From Synergistaceae bacterium (GTDB lineage Bacteria > Synergistota > Synergistia > Synergistales > Synergistaceae): 64,000 bases of DNA. Below are positions 9,548 to 17,648 of the stretch, piece after piece. The DNA lies in assembly GCA_031270375.1 (NCBI GenBank), contig JAISXR010000166.1, positions 6,920 through 70,919 on the forward strand. Reading direction: 5' to 3'. The notes under the pieces were generated by a model. That model saw only the letters and a list, made by a program, of their open reading frames with translations. It searched no databases and was not told where the DNA came from. How positions within the stretch are numbered: position 1 is the stretch's first letter; each line of letters starts with the position of its first letter. Made by a program: the position numbers and the translations under genes.

Positions 9548-10117
9548 ATGACGTTTGTTGGATTTGCCGTTATCTTTTGTCTAGGCGCGTTGATATTGTG
9601 GGCAATATATACGTATAACATTTTCAGGGAAAAGCAGTCGCTCATAGACTTCTGGTGGGACGAGGCGGAAATTCACCTGCAGTTTCGCCGCGACCTCATC
9701 CCGGGCCTTCTGGATAGGGCGCGTCCCATTATGAAATGGGAGGATCAGAGGCTTGACCGCATAGCGGGCATCCGCGAAGAAATCATCCAAAATGAAATCC
9801 ACCAGGAAACCGACGATCTCACGGAAAGCATCGAGCGCCTTGAAAACAGCCTCAGCGCGGAATTTCACTTGCTGCAAGACGCTTTCAGGCAACATGCCGA
9901 AATCCAGGTCAACCCAGAACTTCTCACAGTCATGAGCGAACTAGCGTCGATTGAGGGCAAAGCGGTTACGGCTTGCGAGGAATACAACAAGCTGACGCAC
10001 CATTACAACTCATTGATAAAGAGCTTTCCGGCGAATCTCGTGGTGGGGATGCTGCACTTCAGCCCCAAGGAAAAGCGTATTTTCGGCGCGTGGCAGGATA
10101 CTGCCCAGGTGACGTGA
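9548..10117 (+). CDS. lemA: LemA family protein
   Basis: It has an N-terminal transmembrane helix followed by the YN.F......D..W..... pattern and a C-terminal YN......FP motif. The start was trimmed to the ATG at 9548, which has an AGAGG ribosome-binding site. Confidence 0.8.
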   Translation: MTFVGFAVIFCLGALILWAIYTYNIFREKQSLIDFWWDEAEIHLQFRRDLIPGLLDRARPIMKWEDQRLDRIAGIREEIIQNEIHQETDDLTESIERLENSLSAEFHLLQDAFRQHAEIQVNPELLTVMSELASIEGKAVTACEEYNKLTHHYNSLIKSFPANLVVGMLHFSPKEKRIFGAWQDTAQVT

Positions 10118-10129
10118 AGGGACCTGTAT

Positions 10130-11305
10130 TCAGGCTTCGTTCTCGTGCGCCATGTTTTCCCGCGACGCGCGTTCAGCGTCGGCTTTTTCCATGGCCCAGG
10201 TGAGAATATCCATGGCGGCATGCGGCCGGCCCATGGCACGTGCCCTGTATCTCATCCTTTCAAGTTCCTCGCGCCGCCCTATGAGGTGCTCCAGAAGCTC
10301 ACCAACCATTCTGTGTTCGTAAATTTTGCGGGCGGCGCCGCGTTCGAGGACATAGTCGCAGTTGCAGCGCCCCAATCCCGGAAGGGGATCCAAAAACAGC
10401 ATCGCGGCTCCTGCTGTCGACGCCTCGGCTATCTGCACGCCGACGGGGTCGAGTATGGATATATCGCTTGCGGCGTAATAATCCGCGATATTGAGGACTT
10501 TCCCCAATACCGAGATATGCTTGAAGGGGAAATATTTGTCGCGGATATCCTCGAACAGTCTGCCGCCGCCGCAGCATAGGACGAATATCTTCCAGTCGGA
10601 GAGGTCGACCAGCGAACCGACTACCATATCCATGAGGCGCAGTGATCCTCCGCTGTTCACGATCGAAACCATCTTCGTCGTATCGTCGACTCCCAGCACA
10701 CGACGCGCTTCGCCCCTCTTGGGAGTGACGAGGTAGTCGCGGGATATCGGTATCCCGAAGTTCTTGACGGCGTATTCCGCAGTCGGCACGCGGTCGGCCC
10801 TGTATTGGCGAAGGGCTTCCTCGCTCCCGGCGAACCATCCGTCGAACCTCGGGTCGCGAAGCATGGCGTGGGTCAGATAATCCGTCCCGACGAAATATAT
10901 AGGCGTGTCGTGGTCCCATTTGTCTAGCATCGCCGACATGCCGAAAAAATGCGTCGTAAAGACGACGTGCGGCGCGAAGTTTCGCAAATTTTCCTGCAAT
11001 CGTCTGACGTACGATTTGCCCAACTGCCGGTGAATGCCGTTCCAAAAAGCCGACAGGATGTGCCTGGAGGCGATTGTGTCGGTGTCGCGGTACAATCTTT
11101 CCCACAGCCACGGCGATTTTTGCGTCATCGTGTTATACGCGGAGACTATGCTTCGGCGCATGAGACGCGGCACGAAATCCATCAAATCCGCGCATATCGT
11201 ATCGGATGACGGATAAAGGGCGCGGTACCATTCGCGCAGCGCGTCCGCAGCCTCCTTATGCCCGCTTCCCAACGACGCGTAGAGGAACGCGGCACGCCGC
11301 GTCAT
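10130..11305 (-). CDS. MGDG-synthase-like / GT28-type glycosyltransferase (diacylglycerol glycosyltransferase family)
   Basis: The N-terminus GSGHKEAADAL and the overall two-domain layout resemble monogalactosyldiacylglycerol synthase/UgtP-like enzymes. Confidence 0.65.
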   Translation of the reverse strand: MTRRAAFLYASLGSGHKEAADALREWYRALYPSSDTICADLMDFVPRLMRRSIVSAYNTMTQKSPWLWERLYRDTDTIASRHILSAFWNGIHRQLGKSYVRRLQENLRNFAPHVVFTTHFFGMSAMLDKWDHDTPIYFVGTDYLTHAMLRDPRFDGWFAGSEEALRQYRADRVPTAEYAVKNFGIPISRDYLVTPKRGEARRVLGVDDTTKMVSIVNSGGSLRLMDMVVGSLVDLSDWKIFVLCCGGGRLFEDIRDKYFPFKHISVLGKVLNIADYYAASDISILDPVGVQIAEASTAGAAMLFLDPLPGLGRCNCDYVLERGAARKIYEHRMVGELLEHLIGRREELERMRYRARAMGRPHAAMDILTWAMEKADAERASRENMAHENEA

Positions 11306-12330
11306 TGTCCGAAACCCTTCAGGAGATCTCCCAGCGTCACGCCCATCCCGGCCTGATTCTCGCTGTTGGTCTCGAGAGCCGAGAGTATCGTGTCCTTTAT
11401 GCTTTTTTCGTCGTAAGAGACGGGGAAGTACAGGGCAGCGGCGTCTTCATGCCCTCCGCCGCGTATCTTGCGCCCGTCTTTCAGCAGCGACACAGCCCGT
11501 CCCGCCAGCCCGTCACGGCTGCGCAGCGAAACCGCCCATGTTCCCGACGGTCTGCGAAAAGCCAGCGCCACGAGCGCGGGCGCCGTGCCCGCCTCGTCAT
11601 GTCTGTCCAAGATGGCCCCGCAGAAATCTGACGTATCCCCGAACTCCAAAAAACCGTCGCCGAGAAACGCCATATCCGCCCCGCCGGCGCCTCTTATTTT
11701 TTTTCGCGACATATTTTCTCGGGCCGCTTTGAAACGTTCTTCCTGAGCCGCCACGAACTTTAGCGCGGCCGCGCGTTCGGCGTCGGTGAACGTGGCGTCG
11801 GGATTGGCGATTATGCGCGTCAGCGCGCCCCATTCCCCGCACAAGGTGACCATCGCCTGCCAAAGCCGCCCGTCTGCGTTCTCGTTTATCCAGAGGTCGC
11901 GGTCGTTGGCGACCTCGACGAAGCCGGACAGCCGCGCGACGAGGCGCTTTGTGCTTTCGGGGGCGTTATTCGCGAGCCAGTCCCAATAGACCGCGGCGCC
12001 GCAGCGTTTTGTGTTCACAACCGTCCAGGGGCGCCCGCCGATTTTATCGTGAGTGCTCTGATGATGGTCGAACAAAAAAGGTTCTGTTTCGCCGAAGAAA
12101 CGGTCTATTTCGTCGATGGTATTTTGAAATTGGGGAGACAGGTCCAACGTGATCACCCTGTCGTGCCGGCGAAGCCCTTCCAGAATTAGATTGTCCACCT
12201 CACCGTAACCGGTCAGGGATATTTTCACCGGCCCAAAGCGCGAATTGGCGTACCACGCCACAGCCGCGGCCACAACTCCGTCCAAATCCGTATGGCTTAT
12301 GATGTTCACGAGTCCGCTCGACGCAATCAA
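11302..12330 (-). CDS. DHH/DHHA1 family phosphoesterase
   Basis: The motifs SHTDLDG, DHH (FLFDHHQS) and GGGHEDAA (DHHA1) are present. The stop overlaps the start of the downstream glycosyltransferase by 4 nt. Confidence 0.75.
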   Translation of the reverse strand: MIASSGLVNIISHTDLDGVVAAAVAWYANSRFGPVKISLTGYGEVDNLILEGLRRHDRVITLDLSPQFQNTIDEIDRFFGETEPFLFDHHQSTHDKIGGRPWTVVNTKRCGAAVYWDWLANNAPESTKRLVARLSGFVEVANDRDLWINENADGRLWQAMVTLCGEWGALTRIIANPDATFTDAERAAALKFVAAQEERFKAARENMSRKKIRGAGGADMAFLGDGFLEFGDTSDFCGAILDRHDEAGTAPALVALAFRRPSGTWAVSLRSRDGLAGRAVSLLKDGRKIRGGGHEDAAALYFPVSYDEKSIKDTILSALETNSENQAGMGVTLGDLLKGFGQ

Positions 12331-12391
12331 CTGAATTCCCCCCGAAGGAACGATACGTTCATTTCATAAAAAAGATATTATAACGCGAAAA

Positions 12392-14005
12392 TTGATTATA
12401 ATATGGAAGAATATACCGAAAATACGGGGGAGTCAGTTGATATTTATCCGAAAAATCACGTCGCGCATAATATCGATAAAGAGCCCCCTGGGCATTTCTT
12501 TGGCTTTGGCGTTTGCCGCCCTCGTGAGCAAGCCTCTGGGATATGCCAGGACTCTCATCGTGGCGTGGACGTACGGTACTTCGCCCGGCATGGACGCTTT
12601 TCATCTCGCTCTGGGCATAATGGCGTTATTCTCTGGCAGCATAGGCAGTACGCTGGAAAACGCCGCGCTCCCGGAGCTGGTGAAAGAGCGCGGCAAAGAG
12701 GGGGGCATACGCGCGTCCGAAACCTTGACCGCTTTCCTCGCGTGTTTCACCGGCGTGATCACCGCGCTTTTTGCCGCGGCCGTTCTCATAGCTCCCGGAG
12801 TGATCGTCAAATCGTTCGCCGGAGGATTCGACAGCGAACGGATACGTGTGGGCTCACGCATGATGCTCTGGCTCATGCCGTTTGCCGCGGTTTCGATGCT
12901 GAGGCCAATTCTCGGCGTGTGGGCCAACCTGACCGAAAGATATACCCTGGAATCCCTCACATCGACACCATTCAACCTCATCGCGATACCGGCGCTGTTT
13001 CTGTCGATGCCTTTCATAGGAGTGTACAGCGTGGCGTTTTCCATGAGCGCCGCGTACGTGATCTTGTTCATCCTGTTCCTGGCGGCCCTTCGGGGGGTTC
13101 CGCTGAAATGGCGCGTTTGTGACGTCCGTTGGGAGGTCGTCGGCAGAATTTGCAAAAATTCGTTACATCTCGCGGTACTGTTCGCGGCAAACACGATTTA
13201 CGTGGTCGTCGACCGTTATTTCGCGTCGAGGCTTCCATACGGCTCGGTGGCCGCGATCAGTTACGCGGCGGTGATAATCGGGACTCTCTCGGCACTCGCC
13301 GGCACACCCATGACGTATTTCCTCTCGATGATGGCCAAACTCTCGGGCGACGTCGACCGTTCGCTCGGAACGCTGAAACGCGCGATATCAATCTCGCTGG
13401 CGTACTTCGTGCCGACAAGCGCGTTCATGATGGCCGCGGCCGTGCCGGTGGTGTCCCTGGTGTTCGGGTGTGGAAATTTTGGCGCCCGATCGGTCTCCAT
13501 GACGTCGCTGAGTGTCGCGGTGTACAGCGTGGGGTTCGCGTTCGGCGCGACCTCGGTTTTCATATACCGCTACGCGCTCGCCGTCGGCAAACTGAAAACC
13601 GTGGTCAACTTGACCTACGTTCTGATTGCGCTGAACGCGTTTCTCGACTGGGCCCTCGTGAACCGGTGGGGATTGCTCGGGCTGACGCTCGCCACCAGCC
13701 TGACGCAGACAGCCGGTTTCGTCCTCTATTATTACACCGTGGCCGGTACCGGTCTGCCCCGGTTCATGCTCGACTCCGGTATGATCGGACAGACCGCGCT
13801 CTCGGCGGCGTTGGCCTGTGCCGCCTGGCGGGCTTCCGCCTTTGGGCCTGCCGTTCAGCTCGCCGCGTGCGCGGCGCTCTACGCGATTTACTTCGCCGTC
13901 GCGCAAAAAGCCGGTCTCATGTCGCGTTTGCCCGAAAACTGGCGGCCTTCGGGACTTTTGGCTTTCCTTTGGGCAAGCGCGAAATCATACGCAAATTACA
14001 GATAA
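12392..14005 (+). CDS. murJ: Lipid II flippase MurJ (MviN family)
   Basis: It is a multi-pass membrane protein with the SKPLGYAR...G.S...DAF N-terminal signature. The true start is probably the in-frame TTG near 12437, because a TATAAT box sits at about 12397. Confidence 0.8.
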   Translation: MIIIWKNIPKIRGSQLIFIRKITSRIISIKSPLGISLALAFAALVSKPLGYARTLIVAWTYGTSPGMDAFHLALGIMALFSGSIGSTLENAALPELVKERGKEGGIRASETLTAFLACFTGVITALFAAAVLIAPGVIVKSFAGGFDSERIRVGSRMMLWLMPFAAVSMLRPILGVWANLTERYTLESLTSTPFNLIAIPALFLSMPFIGVYSVAFSMSAAYVILFILFLAALRGVPLKWRVCDVRWEVVGRICKNSLHLAVLFAANTIYVVVDRYFASRLPYGSVAAISYAAVIIGTLSALAGTPMTYFLSMMAKLSGDVDRSLGTLKRAISISLAYFVPTSAFMMAAAVPVVSLVFGCGNFGARSVSMTSLSVAVYSVGFAFGATSVFIYRYALAVGKLKTVVNLTYVLIALNAFLDWALVNRWGLLGLTLATSLTQTAGFVLYYYTVAGTGLPRFMLDSGMIGQTALSAALACAAWRASAFGPAVQLAACAALYAIYFAVAQKAGLMSRLPENWRPSGLLAFLWASAKSYANYR

Positions 14006-14185
14006 GACCTTGGGGCGCTACCCCAAACCCCGCCGGGGGGCCGCCATATCGGAAGGTATCGAACTTTTTCCGCCGTTTGTAGCGATGGTTGTATTGTGCG
14101 GTATAATCGTGCTGCAAACGATTGGGTTAAGGCATATGCGACTAGTGTGGCGTCTATGTATAAACCTAAATGAGGAGGTGCTTTT

Positions 14186-14362
14186 ATGTTTATCGTTGAT
14201 ATAGATATTCTCGAACGCGGCAACAAGGCGGTAGAAAATTTCTCTCCATTGCCTTTTGGTAAAGTCGATAAAGGCTTGCGCGAAGCAACCAAACGCACGG
14301 GCGATAATCTTAAATCGGGATTAAAGGAAATGCTCAAAGAGCTTGAAGAAAACTATGAGTGA
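14186..14362 (+). CDS. Small 58-aa ORF, candidate antitoxin for the downstream zeta-like toxin (below the ORF-track size cut-off)
   Basis: The ATG has a strong GAGGAGG ribosome-binding site 7 nt upstream. The frame is open to a TGA that overlaps the toxin ATG by 8 nt (tATGAGTGA). The product is charged. No family was recognised. Confidence 0.35.
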   Translation: MFIVDIDILERGNKAVENFSPLPFGKVDKGLREATKRTGDNLKSGLKEMLKELEENYE

Positions 14363-14962
14363 TATTAAAAATGCGCCTTACCTTTTCGTATTTGCGGGTG
14401 CTAATGGGTCTGGAAAATCGACCGTGATTAACTTCTACCTCGAAAACAATCTTTGCCCGCAAGATTATATCTGCCCAGACCAGTTAGTACCCTATGACAA
14501 GAAAAATGATGTTGCAGAGTATATTCGCGCAAGGACGAAGCCGAAAGGCGAAGGAAGAACAATGTAACGCTGAAAAACTCGTTTACGTTTGAAACCGTTC
14601 TTTCAACGCGGAATAAATTGGACTTTATCAACTACACGAAATCTGAGGGCTATCTCGTTACCGTTATTTACGTTGTGACTTCCGACAGCAAAATAAACAT
14701 CGAGCGCGTGAGAACCCGTGTTGCTCAAGGCGGTCACGACGTCCCGAAAGACAAGATAGTTTCAAGATACGAAAAATCGATGAACCTGATGTTTGATGTT
14801 ATCGAATCTGCTAACGAAGCGTTGATTTACGACAATTCCGGAAAACGACCAATAGTTGTCTTCGCAAAGTATCGGGACAAAGACTACTATATCTTGCGCC
14901 CGTTTCCTGAATGGATAAAACGGTATTGTACGGATAAGAAACTGTTGAGTAAACTCAAATAA
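14355..14962 (+). pseudogene. Zeta-toxin-like P-loop kinase/ATPase, split by a frameshift
   Basis: The first ORF carries Walker A (FAGANGSGKST). The second ORF carries the family C-terminal half (GYLVTVIYV...RV..RV.QGGHDVP). The conserved SFTFETVLS block is open in the second ORF's frame upstream of its listed start, so the frames must switch at about 14520-14565. Confidence 0.7.
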
Positions 14963-14987
14963 TAATAGCAAGCACGAATAGCGATAA

Positions 14988-15229
14988 AAACGTCACGCCT
15001 AACGGCGCGGCCAACGCGCGCATGGGCGGCGGAGGCCGCGTTCGGTGCCGCGATTGAGAAGGAGTTCGCCAAAATGCTCAATAAATTTGCGGAAAAGCAG
15101 AGCTTATTCGACCTGCAAAAGCGTATCGGCAAACTGGCGAACCTCACGCAAAAGCTGACTATCAAGGAATGGAAGCATATAGTCAAACGGACGCTCGGTA
15201 GGGAGCAAGCCCCCTTGACCCCCTTTTAA
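14988..15229 (+). pseudogene. Startless coding-like remnant of about 80 codons, family unknown
   Basis: An open frame reads ...AWAAEAAFGAAIEKEFAKMLNKFAEKQSLFDLQKRIGKLANLTQKLTIKEWKHIVKRTLG. It has no upstream start codon and ends at the terminator. Confidence 0.2.
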
Positions 15230-15235
15230 AAAAAA

Positions 15236-15266
15236 TTTTCACCCCCTCAGGGGTGAAAATTTTTTT
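15236..15266. terminator. Bidirectional rho-independent terminator
   Basis: The perfect hairpin TTTTCACCCC-TCAG-GGGGTGAAAA is flanked by an A8 run on the left and a T7 run on the right. It lies between the islet and the 3-prime end of nox. Confidence 0.7.
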
Positions 15267-15275
15267 GAAGAAGGT

Positions 15276-15368
15276 GCAGGCCCATAGGTCCGATGCCTCT
15301 ACGGAGAGCTTGCTCCCTGCCGGGGTGCGGGGCGCCCATAGGCCCGATGCTCCTACGGAGCGCCCCGC
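15276..15368. repeat. Two copies of a 26-nt motif, each embedded in its own inverted-repeat stem
   Basis: CCCATAGGTCCGATGCCTCTACGGAG (15281-15306) and CCCATAGGCCCGATGCTCCTACGGAG (15335-15360) are 23/26 identical with a 54-nt period. They are flanked by GCAGG/CCTGC and GCGGGGCG/CGCCCCGC. Confidence 0.6.
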
Positions 15369-15378
15369 GGTCTTGATC

Positions 15379-16722
15379 TTATCCGCGCACGGGTGGAAGA
15401 GCGAGATGAGCGGCGGCGTTGAGGAAATTCCACGGCTTGTTGAAATGCGGCTGGAAGAAGAAATCGACGAACGCGAGGTCGTCGACCGTCATTCCATTCT
15501 GGATACAGACCGAAACCGTGTTTATGGCGGGCGTGAGGTCGACTTTGGACATTATCTGCGCGCCCAGTATACGGCGCGACACGCGCTCGAACACGATTTT
15601 CAGCTTCACGTTCTCGTAGGTGGGCATGAACTCGGGCCGGTAATTGTCGCTGTACGTCACCGACACGGCGTCCAATCCCGCCTTCTTGGCGGATTCCTCC
15701 GACAGTCCGGTGCTCCCTATGCAGAGATCGTATATTTTTATTCCGCTCGTCGCCTGAGTGCCCAGATATTTGGTGGTGTCGCGGACCAGGTTGCGGGCGA
15801 CGAGCATGCCCATGCGAACCGCGTTCGTCGCGAGAGGTATGTAGTCGTAATCGCGCTTGACGTTGCTCCATACGGTGGCGGAGTCTCCGGCCGCGAACAC
15901 GTCGGGGCGCGAGGTATGCATGTACTCGTCGACCTTGATCGCCCCGTTCGGCAGCATGTCGAGTTTGCCCCTGAACAGCTCCGTGTTGGGACGGAAACCG
16001 ATGCACAGTATGACCATGTCGGCTTCGTACTCGCCCTTGTCGGTCACTATGGCCGACACTTTGCCGTCGCGCCCCTTGAAGCCCTTTACGGATTCGCCGA
16101 GCGCGAATTTGACGCCCTTTTCGGCGAACATTTTCGCCGGTGCCTCGACGAACTCGGCGTCAAGATATTTGGGGAGAATCTGGCGCTCCATGTCGACGAC
16201 CAGCACTTCCTTGCCCTGTACCTGGAAAGCCTCCACGAGTTCGGTGCCGATATATCCTGCCCCGACCACGGCAACGCGGCGCGCGCTTTTGGTTTTTTCG
16301 GTTATCTCCTTTGAGTGCGCGTAGTTCTTGCAGAGCAGTATATTTCCAAGGTCAGAGTTCTCGAGTTTGGGCTGTATCGGCCACGAGCCGGTGGTTATTA
16401 TCAGCTTGTCATAAGTGTCATCTGACTCCTCGCCCGTCTCTAGGTTGCGCACGCGCAGTTTTTTCGCGTCGAGGTCGACGGAGAGAACGTCATGCCGCAT
16501 ATGTGTGACTACGCCCAGTTCGGCGAGTTTTTGGGGCGAACAGTAGAACAGCCCGGCCTGATCCTTTATCACGCCCTCCACATAAAGGGCGATCCCGCAC
16601 GACAGGAACGAGATATTGTCGTTGCGCTCGTAAACGGTCACGGAAGCGTCCTTGTGGAGCGAGGCGATATTGACGATGGCGGCCGTCCCCGCGTGCGTAC
16701 ATCCGATTACCACAACTTTCAT
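15379..16722 (-). CDS. nox: FAD-dependent NADH oxidase / CoA-disulfide reductase family oxidoreductase
   Basis: It has the N-terminal VVVIGCTHAGTAA dinucleotide fold, the redox cysteine context SFLSCGIAL and a second GAGYIG fold. Confidence 0.8.
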   Translation of the reverse strand: MKVVVIGCTHAGTAAIVNIASLHKDASVTVYERNDNISFLSCGIALYVEGVIKDQAGLFYCSPQKLAELGVVTHMRHDVLSVDLDAKKLRVRNLETGEESDDTYDKLIITTGSWPIQPKLENSDLGNILLCKNYAHSKEITEKTKSARRVAVVGAGYIGTELVEAFQVQGKEVLVVDMERQILPKYLDAEFVEAPAKMFAEKGVKFALGESVKGFKGRDGKVSAIVTDKGEYEADMVILCIGFRPNTELFRGKLDMLPNGAIKVDEYMHTSRPDVFAAGDSATVWSNVKRDYDYIPLATNAVRMGMLVARNLVRDTTKYLGTQATSGIKIYDLCIGSTGLSEESAKKAGLDAVSVTYSDNYRPEFMPTYENVKLKIVFERVSRRILGAQIMSKVDLTPAINTVSVCIQNGMTVDDLAFVDFFFQPHFNKPWNFLNAAAHLALPPVRG

Positions 16723-16793
16723 GAAGCATACCCCCTTTTGAGATTTTTTTGGCGAATCATTTACAGCAAAAACATCGTTGCATTCCTGCCGCT

Positions 16794-17429
16794 TTACGCG
16801 GAATCAGGCGATCTCGAATCCGTCCCCGCGCCTTCGAGAGACGAATAACCGGTCCGGGCCGGTTTAAGTTCCGCGCGCTGCCGAAGTTCTCCGAGTTCCT
16901 CAAGCGTAAGGCCCATTCCCCGCGCTACCTGTTCAGTGGGAAGTCCATTTTTCAGGAGGGTCTGCACGGTTTCAAATATGCCTTCTTCCTTTGCCTCGTG
17001 TATATAAATATCTCTCACCACTTCATCCAATGGCCTGAACTGCATTTTCCACGCCTCCTTCACCTTCGGGTCGATATCCATTTTATCTATTTCCAGTATA
17101 TTTTGCGCAAAATTTCGGAACGACTTCGCTTTTTCTTTGTCAGACACACGGTCTTTTATCATTTCGAGGATATCGAGGGAATATTCTCCGCGTTTCAACG
17201 GGTCGCCACCAGCTTCCAGCATCTTTTTGGCCGCCAGCATCGGAATGGCGAAATCCCGGCCGTCGCGCTTCAATTCTTCCGCATTGATATCGAGGACGCT
17301 ATAGACAGTGAACTTAAAATTCACCGACGTTCCCTCATACTCACTGTGATAATTGTCTGCCGGCCTCAACTTCCGTTCGTATCTGTCCTGTTCACTTATC
17401 CGTTCATGTTCGTCATGCTCACTGATCAC
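16794..17429 (-). CDS. Rpn/YhgA-like (PD-(D/E)XK transposase-like) protein, apparently an N-terminally truncated remnant
   Basis: The C-terminal region (EAKEEGIFETVQTLLKNGLPTEQVARGMGLTLEELGEL) resembles the tail of Rpn-family proteins. The expected N-terminal nuclease core of roughly 100 aa is absent. GC is lower than in the flanks. Confidence 0.45.
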   Translation of the reverse strand: MISEHDEHERISEQDRYERKLRPADNYHSEYEGTSVNFKFTVYSVLDINAEELKRDGRDFAIPMLAAKKMLEAGGDPLKRGEYSLDILEMIKDRVSDKEKAKSFRNFAQNILEIDKMDIDPKVKEAWKMQFRPLDEVVRDIYIHEAKEEGIFETVQTLLKNGLPTEQVARGMGLTLEELGELRQRAELKPARTGYSSLEGAGTDSRSPDSA

Positions 17430-17648
17430 GCGGCATCATCCCTCTGATACGAAACATTATACCAAAGCTCCGATCATTTCACATCGCATTTTTTACCTGG
17501 GCAATTCTTATGACGGGTATCGGAAACCGGTCCCCGGATGAATGTTTCGGGGCCGGTTCCGCTTACCGCGGTTGCCGGCCATACATCGCACGGCCGGTAT
17601 TGCGGGTTTGGCGCTGACATCGGGGCACGTACGGGATATAATGGGATC

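Noticed and set aside
12403-14082. Alternative-frame ORFs (239 and 317 aa, plus strand) inside murJ
   Set aside because: They are Arg/Gly-rich out-of-frame overlaps of a clear polytopic MurJ gene, an artefact of GC-rich codon usage.
15253-16314. A 353-aa plus-strand ORF covering most of the nox locus
   Set aside because: It is fully antisense to a clearly recognisable NADH oxidase gene. Its composition is Arg/Gly/His-rich and low in complexity, typical of shadow ORFs in GC-rich coding DNA. It has no recognisable motifs or ribosome-binding site.
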